A stretch of 64,000 bases of DNA from Minisyncoccota bacterium (lineage in GTDB: Archaea > Nanobdellota > Nanobdellia > Pacearchaeales > GW2011-AR1), in the NCBI GenBank assembly GCA_035453125.1, contig DAOTCN010000002.1:289993-353992 (forward strand). Direction: 5' to 3'. The notes under the pieces were generated by a model. The model was not told where the DNA came from and did not search any database. It worked only from the letters and a program-made list of their open reading frames with translations. A program made the position numbers and the translations under genes. Shown here in pieces: positions 1 through 9,441 of the stretch; the stretch's first letter is position 1, and each line of letters begins with the position of its first letter.

Positions 1-1
1 A

Positions 2-571
2 TCAAATAAGACTGCTAAAAAAATTCTTGAATTTCTTGCTGAAAGAGAAGCGAGTGAGAGTGAAATTGCTGAATCTATTAACCTAGCTCCGAATACTGTT
101 AATTATAATATTAAAAAATTATTAGAATCTGGTTTAATTGAAAAGTCAAGTAACTTTCTCTGGAGTTTAAGAGGTAAAAAAATGCTTAAATATAGGATTG
201 CAAATAAAAAAATATTAATAAGTCCTAAAAGTTCAAATTCAACAAAGTTTATTGCTACATTTGTAATTACAAGTATTGCAGCAATTTTTATTAAATTACT
301 TTCAAATAGTTTTGTTCAAAAAGCTTCAAATAAAAGTTTAAATGTTGCATCAGATTTTTCTGTTGTTGCAGGACAAAATTTAAGTAAAAATCTCGAATCT
401 GTAGCTTATTCAGAGACTATTAATCTGCCGAGTTTTGCTGAAGAGGCTGTTTGTTTTAGCCAGCAAAGTGGAATTCTCAGGTTGTTTAGTGAACCTTGGG
501 CTTGGTTTGTTGCAGGTGCTTTGACTGTTACAGTTATTTATTTTCTTCTTGGAATAAAATGGAAGAAATAA
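2..571 (+). CDS. ArsR-like winged-helix regulator fused to a C-terminal hydrophobic/membrane region (5' end lies outside the window)
   Basis: The frame of the 182..571 ORF stays open back to base 2. The upstream translation KTAKKILEFLAEREASESEIAESINLAPNTVNYNIKKLLESGLIEK looks like a wHTH recognition segment. Hydrophobic stretches FIATFVITSIAAIFI and WAWFVAGALTVTVIYFLL follow. Confidence 0.55.
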   Translation, partial: SNKTAKKILEFLAEREASESEIAESINLAPNTVNYNIKKLLESGLIEKSSNFLWSLRGKKMLKYRIANKKILISPKSSNSTKFIATFVITSIAAIFIKLLSNSFVQKASNKSLNVASDFSVVAGQNLSKNLESVAYSETINLPSFAEEAVCFSQQSGILRLFSEPWAWFVAGALTVTVIYFLLGIKWKK

Positions 572-609
572 AAAGGAATATTTATTAAGATTCATTTTTT
601 ATTTAGTAT

Positions 610-1893
610 ATGAAAAAAGGTGAGAAAGAAAGGAGAAGAGTTTTTTTTATTATTTTTGGATCAATAACTCTTTTAATTCTTGGTTGCCTTTTACTTTTAC
701 TTTCATATAAATCTCTTACTGGAAGTGCTGTTTATAATAGTTATGGTTTACTCTCTGATTTTAAACCAGTTGTAGGATATTCTCATCCTTTTGGTGGAGG
801 AAGAATTAACTTGTGGGATAAAGATGGAAGACTTTACATTTATAATCCTGTTTCTAAACAATGGCTTGACCAAACATCTGCACAAAATTTAGCAGGTTTG
901 CCCTATGGATTTAAACCAGTTGTAGGATATTCTCATCCTTTTGGTGGAGGAAGAATTAACTTGTGGGATAAAGATGGAAGACTTTACATTTATAATCCTG
1001 TTTCTAAACAATGGCTTGACCAAACATCTGCACAAAATTTAGCAGGTTTGCCCTATGGATTTAAACCAGTTGTAGGATATTCTCATCCTTTTGGTGGAGG
1101 AAGAATTAACTTGTGGGATAAAGATGGAAGACTTTACATTTATAATCCTTCTTTTAATGACGGTAATGGTGGCTGGATAGATAAAACAACTTCTAAAGTT
1201 TCGCTAGGTTTGCCTTCTGATTTTAAACCAGTTACAGGATATTATTTTAACCTAACTGATTCAGTATTTATTTCACCATCGATTCATTTATTTGACAAAA
1301 ATCGTTTTTTTGTTTATAAGTTAAATAATAATAACTTTACAGAAAAGACAGATGAGCTTAGATTATATTTGTTGCCTGTTGATGAATATCCTTTAATGGG
1401 ATTTAACGATGAGATTAACAATAGAATATTACTTTATTATTCTGATAAAGTGTTCGCTTCAACTACAGGATATAGCTTTCAAAGACTTTTAGAGTATCTT
1501 AAAATAAATTTAATTTATGAAAATCAAAATAGGCTTTTATTGGAAAATATTGAAAAGAGTAAAGTGGAGCAATTTGAAGAATTTGTTGGTGGAACAGTGA
1601 ATTATTCAGAAAATTATGTAGCTAACTTTTTTAGTGGTAGTTTTTTTAGACGGAAATTAATTACAAATTATACTTTTGATATTAGAGAGCTTGATATATT
1701 TACTACTCCGCCTGAAAATTGTTGGACAAATTATAATGGTGAGTGGGTTGTGGATTATAGAAAATGTGATCTTAGACCAAGAGAACAAATAATTATACCT
1801 TGTGGAAGTAATATTAATCTTGTGTCTATTAGAAATAATTATAATAATAAAGTGGTTGCATCAATAATATTAAATTCAACTAACAGATGTTAA
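610..1893 (+). CDS. Membrane-anchored/secreted repeat protein (50-aa blade-like repeats), unknown function
   Basis: N-terminal TM segment FFIIFGSITLLILGCLLLLL. Three identical 50-aa units (FKPVVGYSHPFGGGRINLWDKDGRLYIYNPVSKQWLDQTSAQNLAGLPYG) are followed by a degenerate fourth unit (FKPVTGYYFN...). Confidence 0.7.
   Translation: MKKGEKERRRVFFIIFGSITLLILGCLLLLLSYKSLTGSAVYNSYGLLSDFKPVVGYSHPFGGGRINLWDKDGRLYIYNPVSKQWLDQTSAQNLAGLPYGFKPVVGYSHPFGGGRINLWDKDGRLYIYNPVSKQWLDQTSAQNLAGLPYGFKPVVGYSHPFGGGRINLWDKDGRLYIYNPSFNDGNGGWIDKTTSKVSLGLPSDFKPVTGYYFNLTDSVFISPSIHLFDKNRFFVYKLNNNNFTEKTDELRLYLLPVDEYPLMGFNDEINNRILLYYSDKVFASTTGYSFQRLLEYLKINLIYENQNRLLLENIEKSKVEQFEEFVGGTVNYSENYVANFFSGSFFRRKLITNYTFDIRELDIFTTPPENCWTNYNGEWVVDYRKCDLRPREQIIIPCGSNINLVSIRNNYNNKVVASIILNSTNRC
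760..1149 (+). repeat. Perfect 150-bp tandem repeat, 2.6 copies, in frame inside the 610..1893 CDS
   Basis: Units 760-909, 910-1059 and 1060-1149 are identical base for base. Identity ends after tataatcct at 1149. Confidence 0.95.
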
Positions 1894-3269
1894 ACGAAAA
1901 ATTTTTTAAGATAGCATTTTTAAGTTTAGTTTTAATTAGTCAGACATTTTTTATTTTTGCTCAAAGCCCAAGTATTACTCCACAATCAGTGTATTCATCA
2001 GATGGTATTTGTTTTATTTATGAAAATTATAATCAATTGTCAATACCTTATGAAATTAGACCTACGGTAAGTTCAGTAGGGTGTTCATGTGTTCCAATAT
2101 GGTCTACAAAAAATTTTGACTCTGAGGTTTCAATAGAATATGCACGTTCAGATTTTGGAGAAATATCTGATACTCTTGCAGGAGACAGAAGAAGGTTTAG
2201 TGATAATTACTGTAGAACTTTAAGTTCTCCAATAGGAGATAAAGTATCTGGAGCTCTATGGGGAAATTATCCTGATCCTTATTGGCCTGGAACTGTTTTT
2301 GAATGCATAAATGATGTAGATACTGCAGAACCAGAAGAGGAAAATCCTGAATGTGCTCCTTCTACTCCTTATTGTAATGATCATGGTTTGTGTAGTGAAT
2401 GTTATTCTGCGCAGCAGTGTGTAATGCAATATCCTAATGCATTTAATTATGAATGTAAAATAGCAAAATATTATCGACCTAAACAGAGTGTATGTACTTC
2501 TTGTTTAAGTTTAAGGGGAGGAGAAGAAGGAACTGTGATTACTTTTGCAGGATCAATACCATTACAATCTGCTAAATATATAGTTGATAGCCTTGTAGAG
2601 ATACAACCTTTTAAGTATTTGGATGAGACAAATAAAATAAGATTTCAATTTGCTCAAGTTAAATTTGATAATTTTATTATTCCTTTTCTTTATAAATCTC
2701 CTATTAATTCACGTGTTTATTTGGATATTAAAACTCAAAGGGAAATGGTTTCGCTAGTAAGAGAAACTTGCCCTGATACAAATGATCCAGTTATACATAA
2801 TTACTTAATTAAAACTGCATATCATTCTCCTCAAGCAAACGCAGTTTTTATAGGTGCTGCGTTTGATTCTGACATTCGAGTTTTAGCTCATGAGTTAGGA
2901 CATCAGCTAGGTGGTTTAGCTGATGAATATTCTCTTCCGTATGAAAGTAGATGGTATCCTGGATCTATACAAAATACTGGCCCAAATGTAGATAATTCTG
3001 ATTGCAATAAATTTGAAAATGTTGATGAATTAAATTGTTGGACTATCTGGGGTTTGAGGAATGATCTTTCTTTTCCAGTTCCCGAAAATCTTTTTAAATC
3101 AACACAGAATAGTATTATGGCAAATCATCGTGGATCTTCGTTCAATATAATTAGTTGTCAAGCATTATTGGAAAAAGTCGGAGAATTAGATGAAAATACT
3201 GCACTTAATTTATGCAAGAAGTGGGCTTGTGAGGGAGATATTATTAAACAAAGTGAAACTGTTTGTTAG
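1887..3269 (+). CDS. Secreted zinc metallopeptidase, M64 (IgA-peptidase)-like, with a Cys-rich N-terminal region
   Basis: Signal-like N-terminus FKIAFLSLVLISQTFFIFAQS. Motif HELGHQLGGLADEY resembles the M64 HExxHxxxGLxDEY signature. The start overlaps the upstream stop by 7 nt. Confidence 0.6.
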   Translation: MLNEKFFKIAFLSLVLISQTFFIFAQSPSITPQSVYSSDGICFIYENYNQLSIPYEIRPTVSSVGCSCVPIWSTKNFDSEVSIEYARSDFGEISDTLAGDRRRFSDNYCRTLSSPIGDKVSGALWGNYPDPYWPGTVFECINDVDTAEPEEENPECAPSTPYCNDHGLCSECYSAQQCVMQYPNAFNYECKIAKYYRPKQSVCTSCLSLRGGEEGTVITFAGSIPLQSAKYIVDSLVEIQPFKYLDETNKIRFQFAQVKFDNFIIPFLYKSPINSRVYLDIKTQREMVSLVRETCPDTNDPVIHNYLIKTAYHSPQANAVFIGAAFDSDIRVLAHELGHQLGGLADEYSLPYESRWYPGSIQNTGPNVDNSDCNKFENVDELNCWTIWGLRNDLSFPVPENLFKSTQNSIMANHRGSSFNIISCQALLEKVGELDENTALNLCKKWACEGDIIKQSETVC

Positions 3270-3318
3270 AAAGTTAAATTATTAAAAAGCAAGATAATTA
3301 CTTTTCCTTTTTTATTTT

Positions 3319-3639
3319 TTACTCTTTATTTTTTAGTTTTTTTACTCTTTTTTGTATTTTTGGAAGTTCTTCTGTAATTTTTTTGTAAAAAGGATCTTCA
3401 TAATCTGAAGAATACCATTCATTTCCTATTCTATATCTAATTACTGTGTAGCCTGAGTAGTCTTTAGTATTTGGATCAATAGTATCTACATTAATAACAT
3501 CTATTTCTTCAATTTTTTCAATTAAATCATCTTCTTTTGTTTTATCTATTGTTGCACAACCAGCAAAACTTCCAGCTAAAATTAAACCTATGCTTGATAC
3601 TGCTTCCCTTAAGAAATCTCTTCTACTAGTTTTTTTCAT
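3319..3639 (-). CDS. Small Tat-signal lipoprotein, unknown function
   Basis: N-terminus SRRDFLREAVSSIGLILAGSFAGC combines a twin-arginine motif with a lipobox-like AGC. Confidence 0.5.
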   Translation of the reverse strand: MKKTSRRDFLREAVSSIGLILAGSFAGCATIDKTKEDDLIEKIEEIDVINVDTIDPNTKDYSGYTVIRYRIGNEWYSSDYEDPFYKKITEELPKIQKRVKKLKNKE

Positions 3640-3921
3640 GTTTATTTTATATTTTTTAACTATTTAAATTTTGTGTTTTGTAGTTATTTGATGATGGTAA
3701 CAAATATGTTCTAAAATTCTTTTAAATTAATTTCAAAATTCAACTAAGTGTTTAAACTAATTTTATGTAATTAATAAACGTCTTTTGTTAACACACATCC
3801 TTAGATTAGTAATCCTATTGAAGAATTTTCGGATTTTAAATTTGTGATTTGGGAAAAAGAGGTTTATGGATTGTATCAATTGATTAATAACATTTATTAA
3901 TCTATCCTTTTTTTGAATTTA

Positions 3922-4980
3922 ATGTTGACACAAGAACAAGTATTGGAGATAAGAGAACATCTTGAGAAGGCACAAAATCCTATTTTCTTTTTTGATAATG
4001 ATTGTGATGGATTGATGGCTTTTCTGCTTTTTAGAAGATATATTGGTCGAGGTCGTGGTGTTCCAATCAAGTCTTTTCCAGAACTTGATGAAAGTTATAT
4101 AAGCAGAATTGATGAATTTAATTCAGATTATGTTTTTGTTTTAGATAAACCTCAGATATCTAAAAGTTTTATTGATGAAATAAAAAGTAAGAATTTACCT
4201 TTAGTTTGGATTGATCATCATAATATACCTGTTAGTTTTGATTATGAAAATGTTAGTTATTATAATCCTACCTTAAATAATAAAAGATTGAGTGAACCTA
4301 CTTCTTATCTTGCTTATAAGATTATTGAAAATAAAAAAGACATGTGGTTGGCTCTTATTGGTTGTATTTCAGATAATTTTATGCCAGAATTTGCAGAGGA
4401 GTTTGCAAAAAAAGAACCTGAATTGTATAAGTTAGGAATTAGCTCTCCATTTCAGGTTTTGTATGAAACTCGTTTTGGAAAATTAATTATGATTTTAAAT
4501 TTCGGGCTTAAAGATAGAACTACAAATGTGATTTCTATGATAAATTTATTAATTAATGTTAGCTCTCCTTATGATATTTTAAATGAAAATGAAAAAAATT
4601 TTAAGATAATAAGAAGATATGAACAAATAAATAAATCTTATCAAAATTTACTTGATAAAGCAAAGAAATTTGCAAGATCATCTAAAAAAGTTATATTTTT
4701 TCAATATGGTGGTGAATTAAGTTTGAGTGCAGATATCTCTAATGAACTTTATTATAGATTTCCTGGGAAGGTTATAATTGTTGCTTATCTTAAAGGAGAT
4801 ATTGCTAATGTTTCTGTAAGGGGAAATATCAATATACTTTTAATAACACAAAAAGCTATTAAAAATATTGTAGGTGCAACAGGTGGTGGGCATGAACATG
4901 CTACAGGTGCTAAGATGGATATAACTGGACTTCAAAAATTTAAAGAATTTTTTGAAAAAGAAGTTGAAAAAAACAACTGA
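3922..4980 (+). CDS. DHH/DHHA1-family phosphoesterase (RecJ/NrnA-like)
   Basis: Motifs DNDCDG, VWIDHHN and GGGHEHATGA. The track ORF begins at TTG 3913; the ATG at 3922 is preferred. Confidence 0.75.
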   Translation: MLTQEQVLEIREHLEKAQNPIFFFDNDCDGLMAFLLFRRYIGRGRGVPIKSFPELDESYISRIDEFNSDYVFVLDKPQISKSFIDEIKSKNLPLVWIDHHNIPVSFDYENVSYYNPTLNNKRLSEPTSYLAYKIIENKKDMWLALIGCISDNFMPEFAEEFAKKEPELYKLGISSPFQVLYETRFGKLIMILNFGLKDRTTNVISMINLLINVSSPYDILNENEKNFKIIRRYEQINKSYQNLLDKAKKFARSSKKVIFFQYGGELSLSADISNELYYRFPGKVIIVAYLKGDIANVSVRGNINILLITQKAIKNIVGATGGGHEHATGAKMDITGLQKFKEFFEKEVEKNN

Positions 4981-5444
4981 TTTTTGGACATTTTTAAGTG
5001 ACATTTATTATTAATTTGTTAGTTTTTAAATATCATAAAATATTTAAAGTGATTATTATTTAATAAAGTATGAATAAAATAACTAAGATAGGTTGGTATA
5101 ATTGTATTATTTGCAGACTTAACTTAGTTTTTACATCACCTAAAAACCATTCAATTTAACCTTTACTCTTTCTATATCTGGGTTGAATTGATAATTAATC
5201 TATAAATATAGAGAGGGTGAAAAAAATGGATTTTTTGGTTGATTTATTTGTCTCTAGAAATGGAGAAAAAAATGAGTAGATCAAAAATGGAGAAAAAAGA
5301 ATTAGAACAAAAAGAAGTAGAAAGAGAGCTAAAGAAACTTATAGAGTTTACTTTTAACTTAGAGAATGAGTTTCATAAACTAATGATGAAGTATTAGCTT
5401 TCTTGATTTAGAGAAATTTTTCTAGATGTAGGTGTGCCTGTTGA

Positions 5445-6908
5445 TTAATAGCTTTTACCAATATAAACAACCTCTTCTGCGTCGTTATTGCAGATTATGC
5501 ATTTTTTATTCCCAAATGTTTCTTCTTTTGTATTTGCTAATGTACCTCTTATTTCTGCACCTGTATCTTTTTCAATAACTTCAGCACATTTTATTCCTTC
5601 TTTATTTGTTGAACAAAAATTTACTCTTGCTATTTTCTTGCTGTTAATTGTTTTTTCTATTTGATCTTTTGTTTTACAATCAACTATTTTATCATTCATA
5701 AATTTATCTGCTTTTTCTTTTAATCTTATATCAAACTCTTTTCCTAATTTTTTTAATATATCTATTTTTTTTATATCTATAATTTCTTTTTTCTTTATAT
5801 CTCTTAAGAAAACAATAATTTTTTTGGATTTTATCTCTTTTTCACCAATTTCAATTCTTAGAGGTACTCCTTTTAGCTCCCAGTTATAGAATTTTTCTCC
5901 AGAGCGTTTTTCACTACAATCTATTTCAACAGTTAAACCTAAATCTTTTATTTTGTCAAATATTTTTTTTGTTTCTTCTAAAACTTTTTTTTGATTTTCT
6001 TTGTTAAATATAGGTATAATAATAACTTGTATTGGTGAAATACAGAAAGGCATTACTAAACCTGAGTCATCTCCATGTGTTGAAATTATCGATGCAAGAA
6101 TTCGACTTATTGCAGGTCCGTAACAGGTTTGCCAAACATATTGTTCTTTTTCTTGTTCATCTTTAAATTTAACATCAAATGCTTTTGAAAAATGCTGCCC
6201 TAAAAAGTGTGTTGATGGTTGTTGAATTATTTTTCCATCTGGCATTAAAACGTCTGAACCAATTGTATAAACAGCTCCTGCAAATTTATCCCATTCAGGT
6301 CTTTTCATTGGAAGAAAAGGTATTCCAAATTGCTGATGCATAACTTCTTCAGTTGTTTGTATATCTTCTTGAACTTGTGTTTCTGCTTCACTTTTTGATT
6401 TAAAAGCATTATGTGCCTCAATCCAGTAAAATTCTCTTGCACGTATTAATGGCCTTGTAGCTTTTGTTTCATATCTATAAACATTTGCTCGTTGATATAA
6501 CTTTAATGGTAAATCTCTCCAGCTTCTTATCCATAAAGAATACATTTGATAAAAAGCTGTTTCTGATGTTGGTCTTAAGGCCATTTTGTCCTCTCCTTGG
6601 ACATGTTCTAACCAAAAAACTTGAGGAGTAAATCCCTCAACATGAGAAGATTCTTTTTTAAAATTTCGTTCAGGTATTACAACTGGAAAAAAGCAAGGTT
6701 TGTGCCCTCTTTCTTGAAGAGCTTTTTCATATATTTTATACATATTTTCTATAGCAACTGCTCCCCAAGGACGAATAACTATAAACCCTTTAATGTTATA
6801 TCTTGCATCAGCTATTTCTGATTTTTCAACAACTTGAGTATACCATTCACTAAAATTTTCTTTTTTTACAGTTATTCCCGTATCTTTTTTTTCATTATCT
6901 TTAAGCAT
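5445..6908 (-). CDS. proS: Prolyl-tRNA synthetase, archaeal/eukaryal type
   Basis: Class II ProRS-like sequence throughout (RPTSETAFY, RAREFYWIEAH, C-terminal Cys cluster and terminal Y). ATG 6906-6908 is preferred over the TTG at 6923. Confidence 0.9.
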   Translation of the reverse strand: MLKDNEKKDTGITVKKENFSEWYTQVVEKSEIADARYNIKGFIVIRPWGAVAIENMYKIYEKALQERGHKPCFFPVVIPERNFKKESSHVEGFTPQVFWLEHVQGEDKMALRPTSETAFYQMYSLWIRSWRDLPLKLYQRANVYRYETKATRPLIRAREFYWIEAHNAFKSKSEAETQVQEDIQTTEEVMHQQFGIPFLPMKRPEWDKFAGAVYTIGSDVLMPDGKIIQQPSTHFLGQHFSKAFDVKFKDEQEKEQYVWQTCYGPAISRILASIISTHGDDSGLVMPFCISPIQVIIIPIFNKENQKKVLEETKKIFDKIKDLGLTVEIDCSEKRSGEKFYNWELKGVPLRIEIGEKEIKSKKIIVFLRDIKKKEIIDIKKIDILKKLGKEFDIRLKEKADKFMNDKIVDCKTKDQIEKTINSKKIARVNFCSTNKEGIKCAEVIEKDTGAEIRGTLANTKEETFGNKKCIICNNDAEEVVYIGKSY

Positions 6909-6915
6909 CTTATCT

Positions 6916-7791
6916 TTAAGCAAATTCGATTTTATTACTCATATTCTTTGAGCTAAATATTTTATTTATTGTTTCTAATGCAGTATATGAATCAAGTGCA
7001 AATCCTAAACTTTCAGATTCTTGTAATTTGAAGTTATTTATTCCAATAACATTACCTTTTTTGTTAATTAGTGGTCCACCAGAATTTCCTCTGTTTAGAG
7101 GAGTATCTATTTGGATATAATTATTTTGATTATTTAACCCTTCTCTGTTAAGTCCACTTATAATTCCTTCTGTTACTGAGAAAGAAAGTCCTAAGGGATT
7201 TCCTAATGCAATTACTTTTTCTCCTAATTGAACATTTTCTGAATTTTCAAATTTAAGATAGTCTAGGTTTGTTCGGTTTATTTTAAGAATAGCTATATCA
7301 TTATCAACATCATATCCAATTAATTTTGCGGAAATCATTTTATCTTCATTGTATAACATTGCTCTTGCGTATCTTCCACCTATTAAGACATGAGCATTTG
7401 TTATAATATAACCATCTTCAGATATTATAAAACCAGATCCTTGAGCAACATCAGTATTAATACTAACAATTCCTTTGATTACTTCTTGAATTATTCCTGA
7501 AAAGTCTTGACTATTTGAGTTTGCTTTTATTTCATTTATTTCACTATTAACATCTTTTTTTATAGTTAATAGACTGTCAGTTAATTCATTTATTTGATAA
7601 TTATTTTCCTCTTTTATATCATTAATTTGGTTTTTTAATTCTATTTTTGTTTGATTATTTATTTTTATTACTTTTTGATCAATTTCTTTTTTCATTATAA
7701 CTATATTTTGAGTCATGTACACTAAATAAATTATTAAAAATACTTGTATAATAATAATTATCGTTGTAACTGACAGTTTATTTTCTTCCAT
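6916..7791 (-). CDS. Membrane-anchored trypsin-like serine protease (HtrA/DegP-like S1C, no PDZ domain seen)
   Basis: N-terminal TM segment. Catalytic-triad contexts TNAHV, DNDIAILKI and GNSGGPLIN. Confidence 0.8.
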   Translation of the reverse strand: MEENKLSVTTIIIIIQVFLIIYLVYMTQNIVIMKKEIDQKVIKINNQTKIELKNQINDIKEENNYQINELTDSLLTIKKDVNSEINEIKANSNSQDFSGIIQEVIKGIVSINTDVAQGSGFIISEDGYIITNAHVLIGGRYARAMLYNEDKMISAKLIGYDVDNDIAILKINRTNLDYLKFENSENVQLGEKVIALGNPLGLSFSVTEGIISGLNREGLNNQNNYIQIDTPLNRGNSGGPLINKKGNVIGINNFKLQESESLGFALDSYTALETINKIFSSKNMSNKIEFA

Positions 7792-7880
7792 AAATAGTGT
7801 AGTTATTTTATGTTTATTAAGGTTTTGAATTTTGAGTTAGATAGAGTAAAACTCTTAAAGTGACTTAAAGTAGTATCATT

Positions 7881-8004
7881 GGGCTTGTAGTTCAACGGAT
7901 AGAACAATCGGCTTCGGAGAGAAGTTTTGTGATTAAGGATAATATAATAATCCAAAAAAACTTAGAGATACCGATTAATCTAGGTTCGATTCCTAGCAGG
8001 CCCG
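7881..8004 (+). tRNA. tRNA-Arg: tRNA-Arg (anticodon UCG) with a ~52-nt intron at 37/38
   Basis: Acceptor GGGCTTG/CAGGCCC, D-arm GTTC..GAAC, anticodon stem ATCGG (7907-7911)/CCGAT (7971-7975), loop CTTCGG|intron|A, T-arm CTAGG-TTCGATT-CCTAG. Confidence 0.8.
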
Positions 8005-8052
8005 TAAAAATTAAAAAGTAAATTGTTAATAAAAAGAGAGTGATTATAAAAG

Positions 8053-8304
8053 ATGATTGAAGAGATAATAGAAAAAATAGAAAATATTCCTATAAATTTA
8101 AGAGAGCATAAGAATAGGGTTAAGTTTATTCCTGAAAAAAATTTTGAATCATTTCTTGATTTAAAATTTAATATTATAAATGTTATATTTTATCTTTATT
8201 ATAGTGTAAAAAATAGATTTGTGTTTTACTTAATTAATAAAGAATTGATAATAGCTATTGGAAACTTTTTAAAATTTAGGAGAAATTTAAAGATTAATTA
8301 TTAA
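8053..8304 (+). CDS. Hypothetical small protein
   Basis: ORF only. Its stop lies 1 nt before the downstream transporter start. Confidence 0.35.
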   Translation: MIEEIIEKIENIPINLREHKNRVKFIPEKNFESFLDLKFNIINVIFYLYYSVKNRFVFYLINKELIIAIGNFLKFRRNLKINY

Positions 8305-8305
8305 A

Positions 8306-9439
8306 ATGAGAATGATTTTTTTTAAGAATAAGTTACTCTTAGGAATATTTACTTTGAGTGGAACAATGATTGGGGCAGGCATGCTTGGATTGCCTTATGT
8401 TTTTTCTAAAAGCGGAATTTTAGCGGGTTTAATCTGGTTAATCTTATTGGGAATTTTAATGCTTTTTGTTCATCTTTATCTTGGAGAAGTTGTTTTGAGA
8501 ACTTCAGGAGAACATCAATTAGCAGGATATGCTGAAAAATATCTTGGAAAAATCGGAAAGAAATTAATGTTTTTTGCAATGTTTTTTGGAATTTATTCAG
8601 CTCTTTTAGCTTATTTAATTGGTGAAGGGCAGAGTTTATCTTATTTTTTTACAGGAAGTATTGATTATGCAGTTATTTTTGGTTGTATTTTTTGGTTTGT
8701 TTTAACTTTATTTTTAAAGGAAGGAATAAAACAACTTAAAAAAATTGGGGCTTTTGCTGTTCCAATTGTTTTACTTTTAATTGTTTTTTTATTTATTTAT
8801 TTATTCCCAAGAATTCAATTGAGTAATTTAAGTTATTTTGATACTAATTTTCTATTTTTACCTTTAGGTGTAACTCTTTTTGCTTTGTTAGGATTTAGTT
8901 CAATTCCAGAAGTTAGAGAAGTTATGAAAGGAAATGAAAAGAAGTTTAAATATGCGATGATTTTTGGAACATTAATACCTATTTTTGCTTATGCAGTATT
9001 TACTTTTGTATTCTTAGGTGTTTTTGGAGAGAATATTCAGGAAGTGGCAACAATTTCTGTTGGAAAATTTGGAAGTTTTTTAGGAATTTTTACAATGATA
9101 ACAAGTTATTTTGTATTAAGTTTTGCACTTAAAGAAGCTTATGTTCATGATATAAAGTTAGACAAGAAAAAATCTTTTTTACTTGTTTCAGTTATTCCCC
9201 TTGTTATTTATTTAGCTGTAAGTTTATTTGATTTAGCAGGTTTTGTAATTGTTCTTGGTATTGGTGGAGTTGTATCTGGAGGTCTTACAGGAATATTAAT
9301 CTTATTAATGAATTATAAATCAAAAAAATACAGCGAAAGATATCCAGAGTATTGGATACCTATTAATTGGCCAATCATTATAGTTATTAGTTTAATACTA
9401 ATCTTTGGAATTTTAATTGAGCTGGCAAAAATAATTTAA
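8306..9439 (+). CDS. Amino-acid permease (aromatic/hydroxy amino-acid permease-like, about 11 TM)
   Basis: N-terminal GTMIGAGMLGLPYVF motif and multiple hydrophobic helices throughout. Confidence 0.65.
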   Translation: MRMIFFKNKLLLGIFTLSGTMIGAGMLGLPYVFSKSGILAGLIWLILLGILMLFVHLYLGEVVLRTSGEHQLAGYAEKYLGKIGKKLMFFAMFFGIYSALLAYLIGEGQSLSYFFTGSIDYAVIFGCIFWFVLTLFLKEGIKQLKKIGAFAVPIVLLLIVFLFIYLFPRIQLSNLSYFDTNFLFLPLGVTLFALLGFSSIPEVREVMKGNEKKFKYAMIFGTLIPIFAYAVFTFVFLGVFGENIQEVATISVGKFGSFLGIFTMITSYFVLSFALKEAYVHDIKLDKKKSFLLVSVIPLVIYLAVSLFDLAGFVIVLGIGGVVSGGLTGILILLMNYKSKKYSERYPEYWIPINWPIIIVISLILIFGILIELAKII

Positions 9440-9441
9440 TG

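Noticed and set aside
5226-5396. Small ORFs (17 aa and 42 aa) and the duplicated aaatggagaaaaaa motif in the 465-bp spacer downstream of proS
   Set aside because: There is no motif and no conservation evidence, the content is K/E low-complexity, and they cannot be supported from sequence alone. No structured RNA was evident in this AT-rich spacer either.
6909-6923. TTG-initiated extension of proS (MLKDK-MLKDN) and the apparent 15-bp duplication ttatctttaagca(tc)/ttatctttaagca(aa)
   Set aside because: The ATG at 6906-6908 gives a normal ProRS N-terminus and removes the overlap with the upstream protease gene. The short duplication is real but lies in the junction and is too small to interpret.
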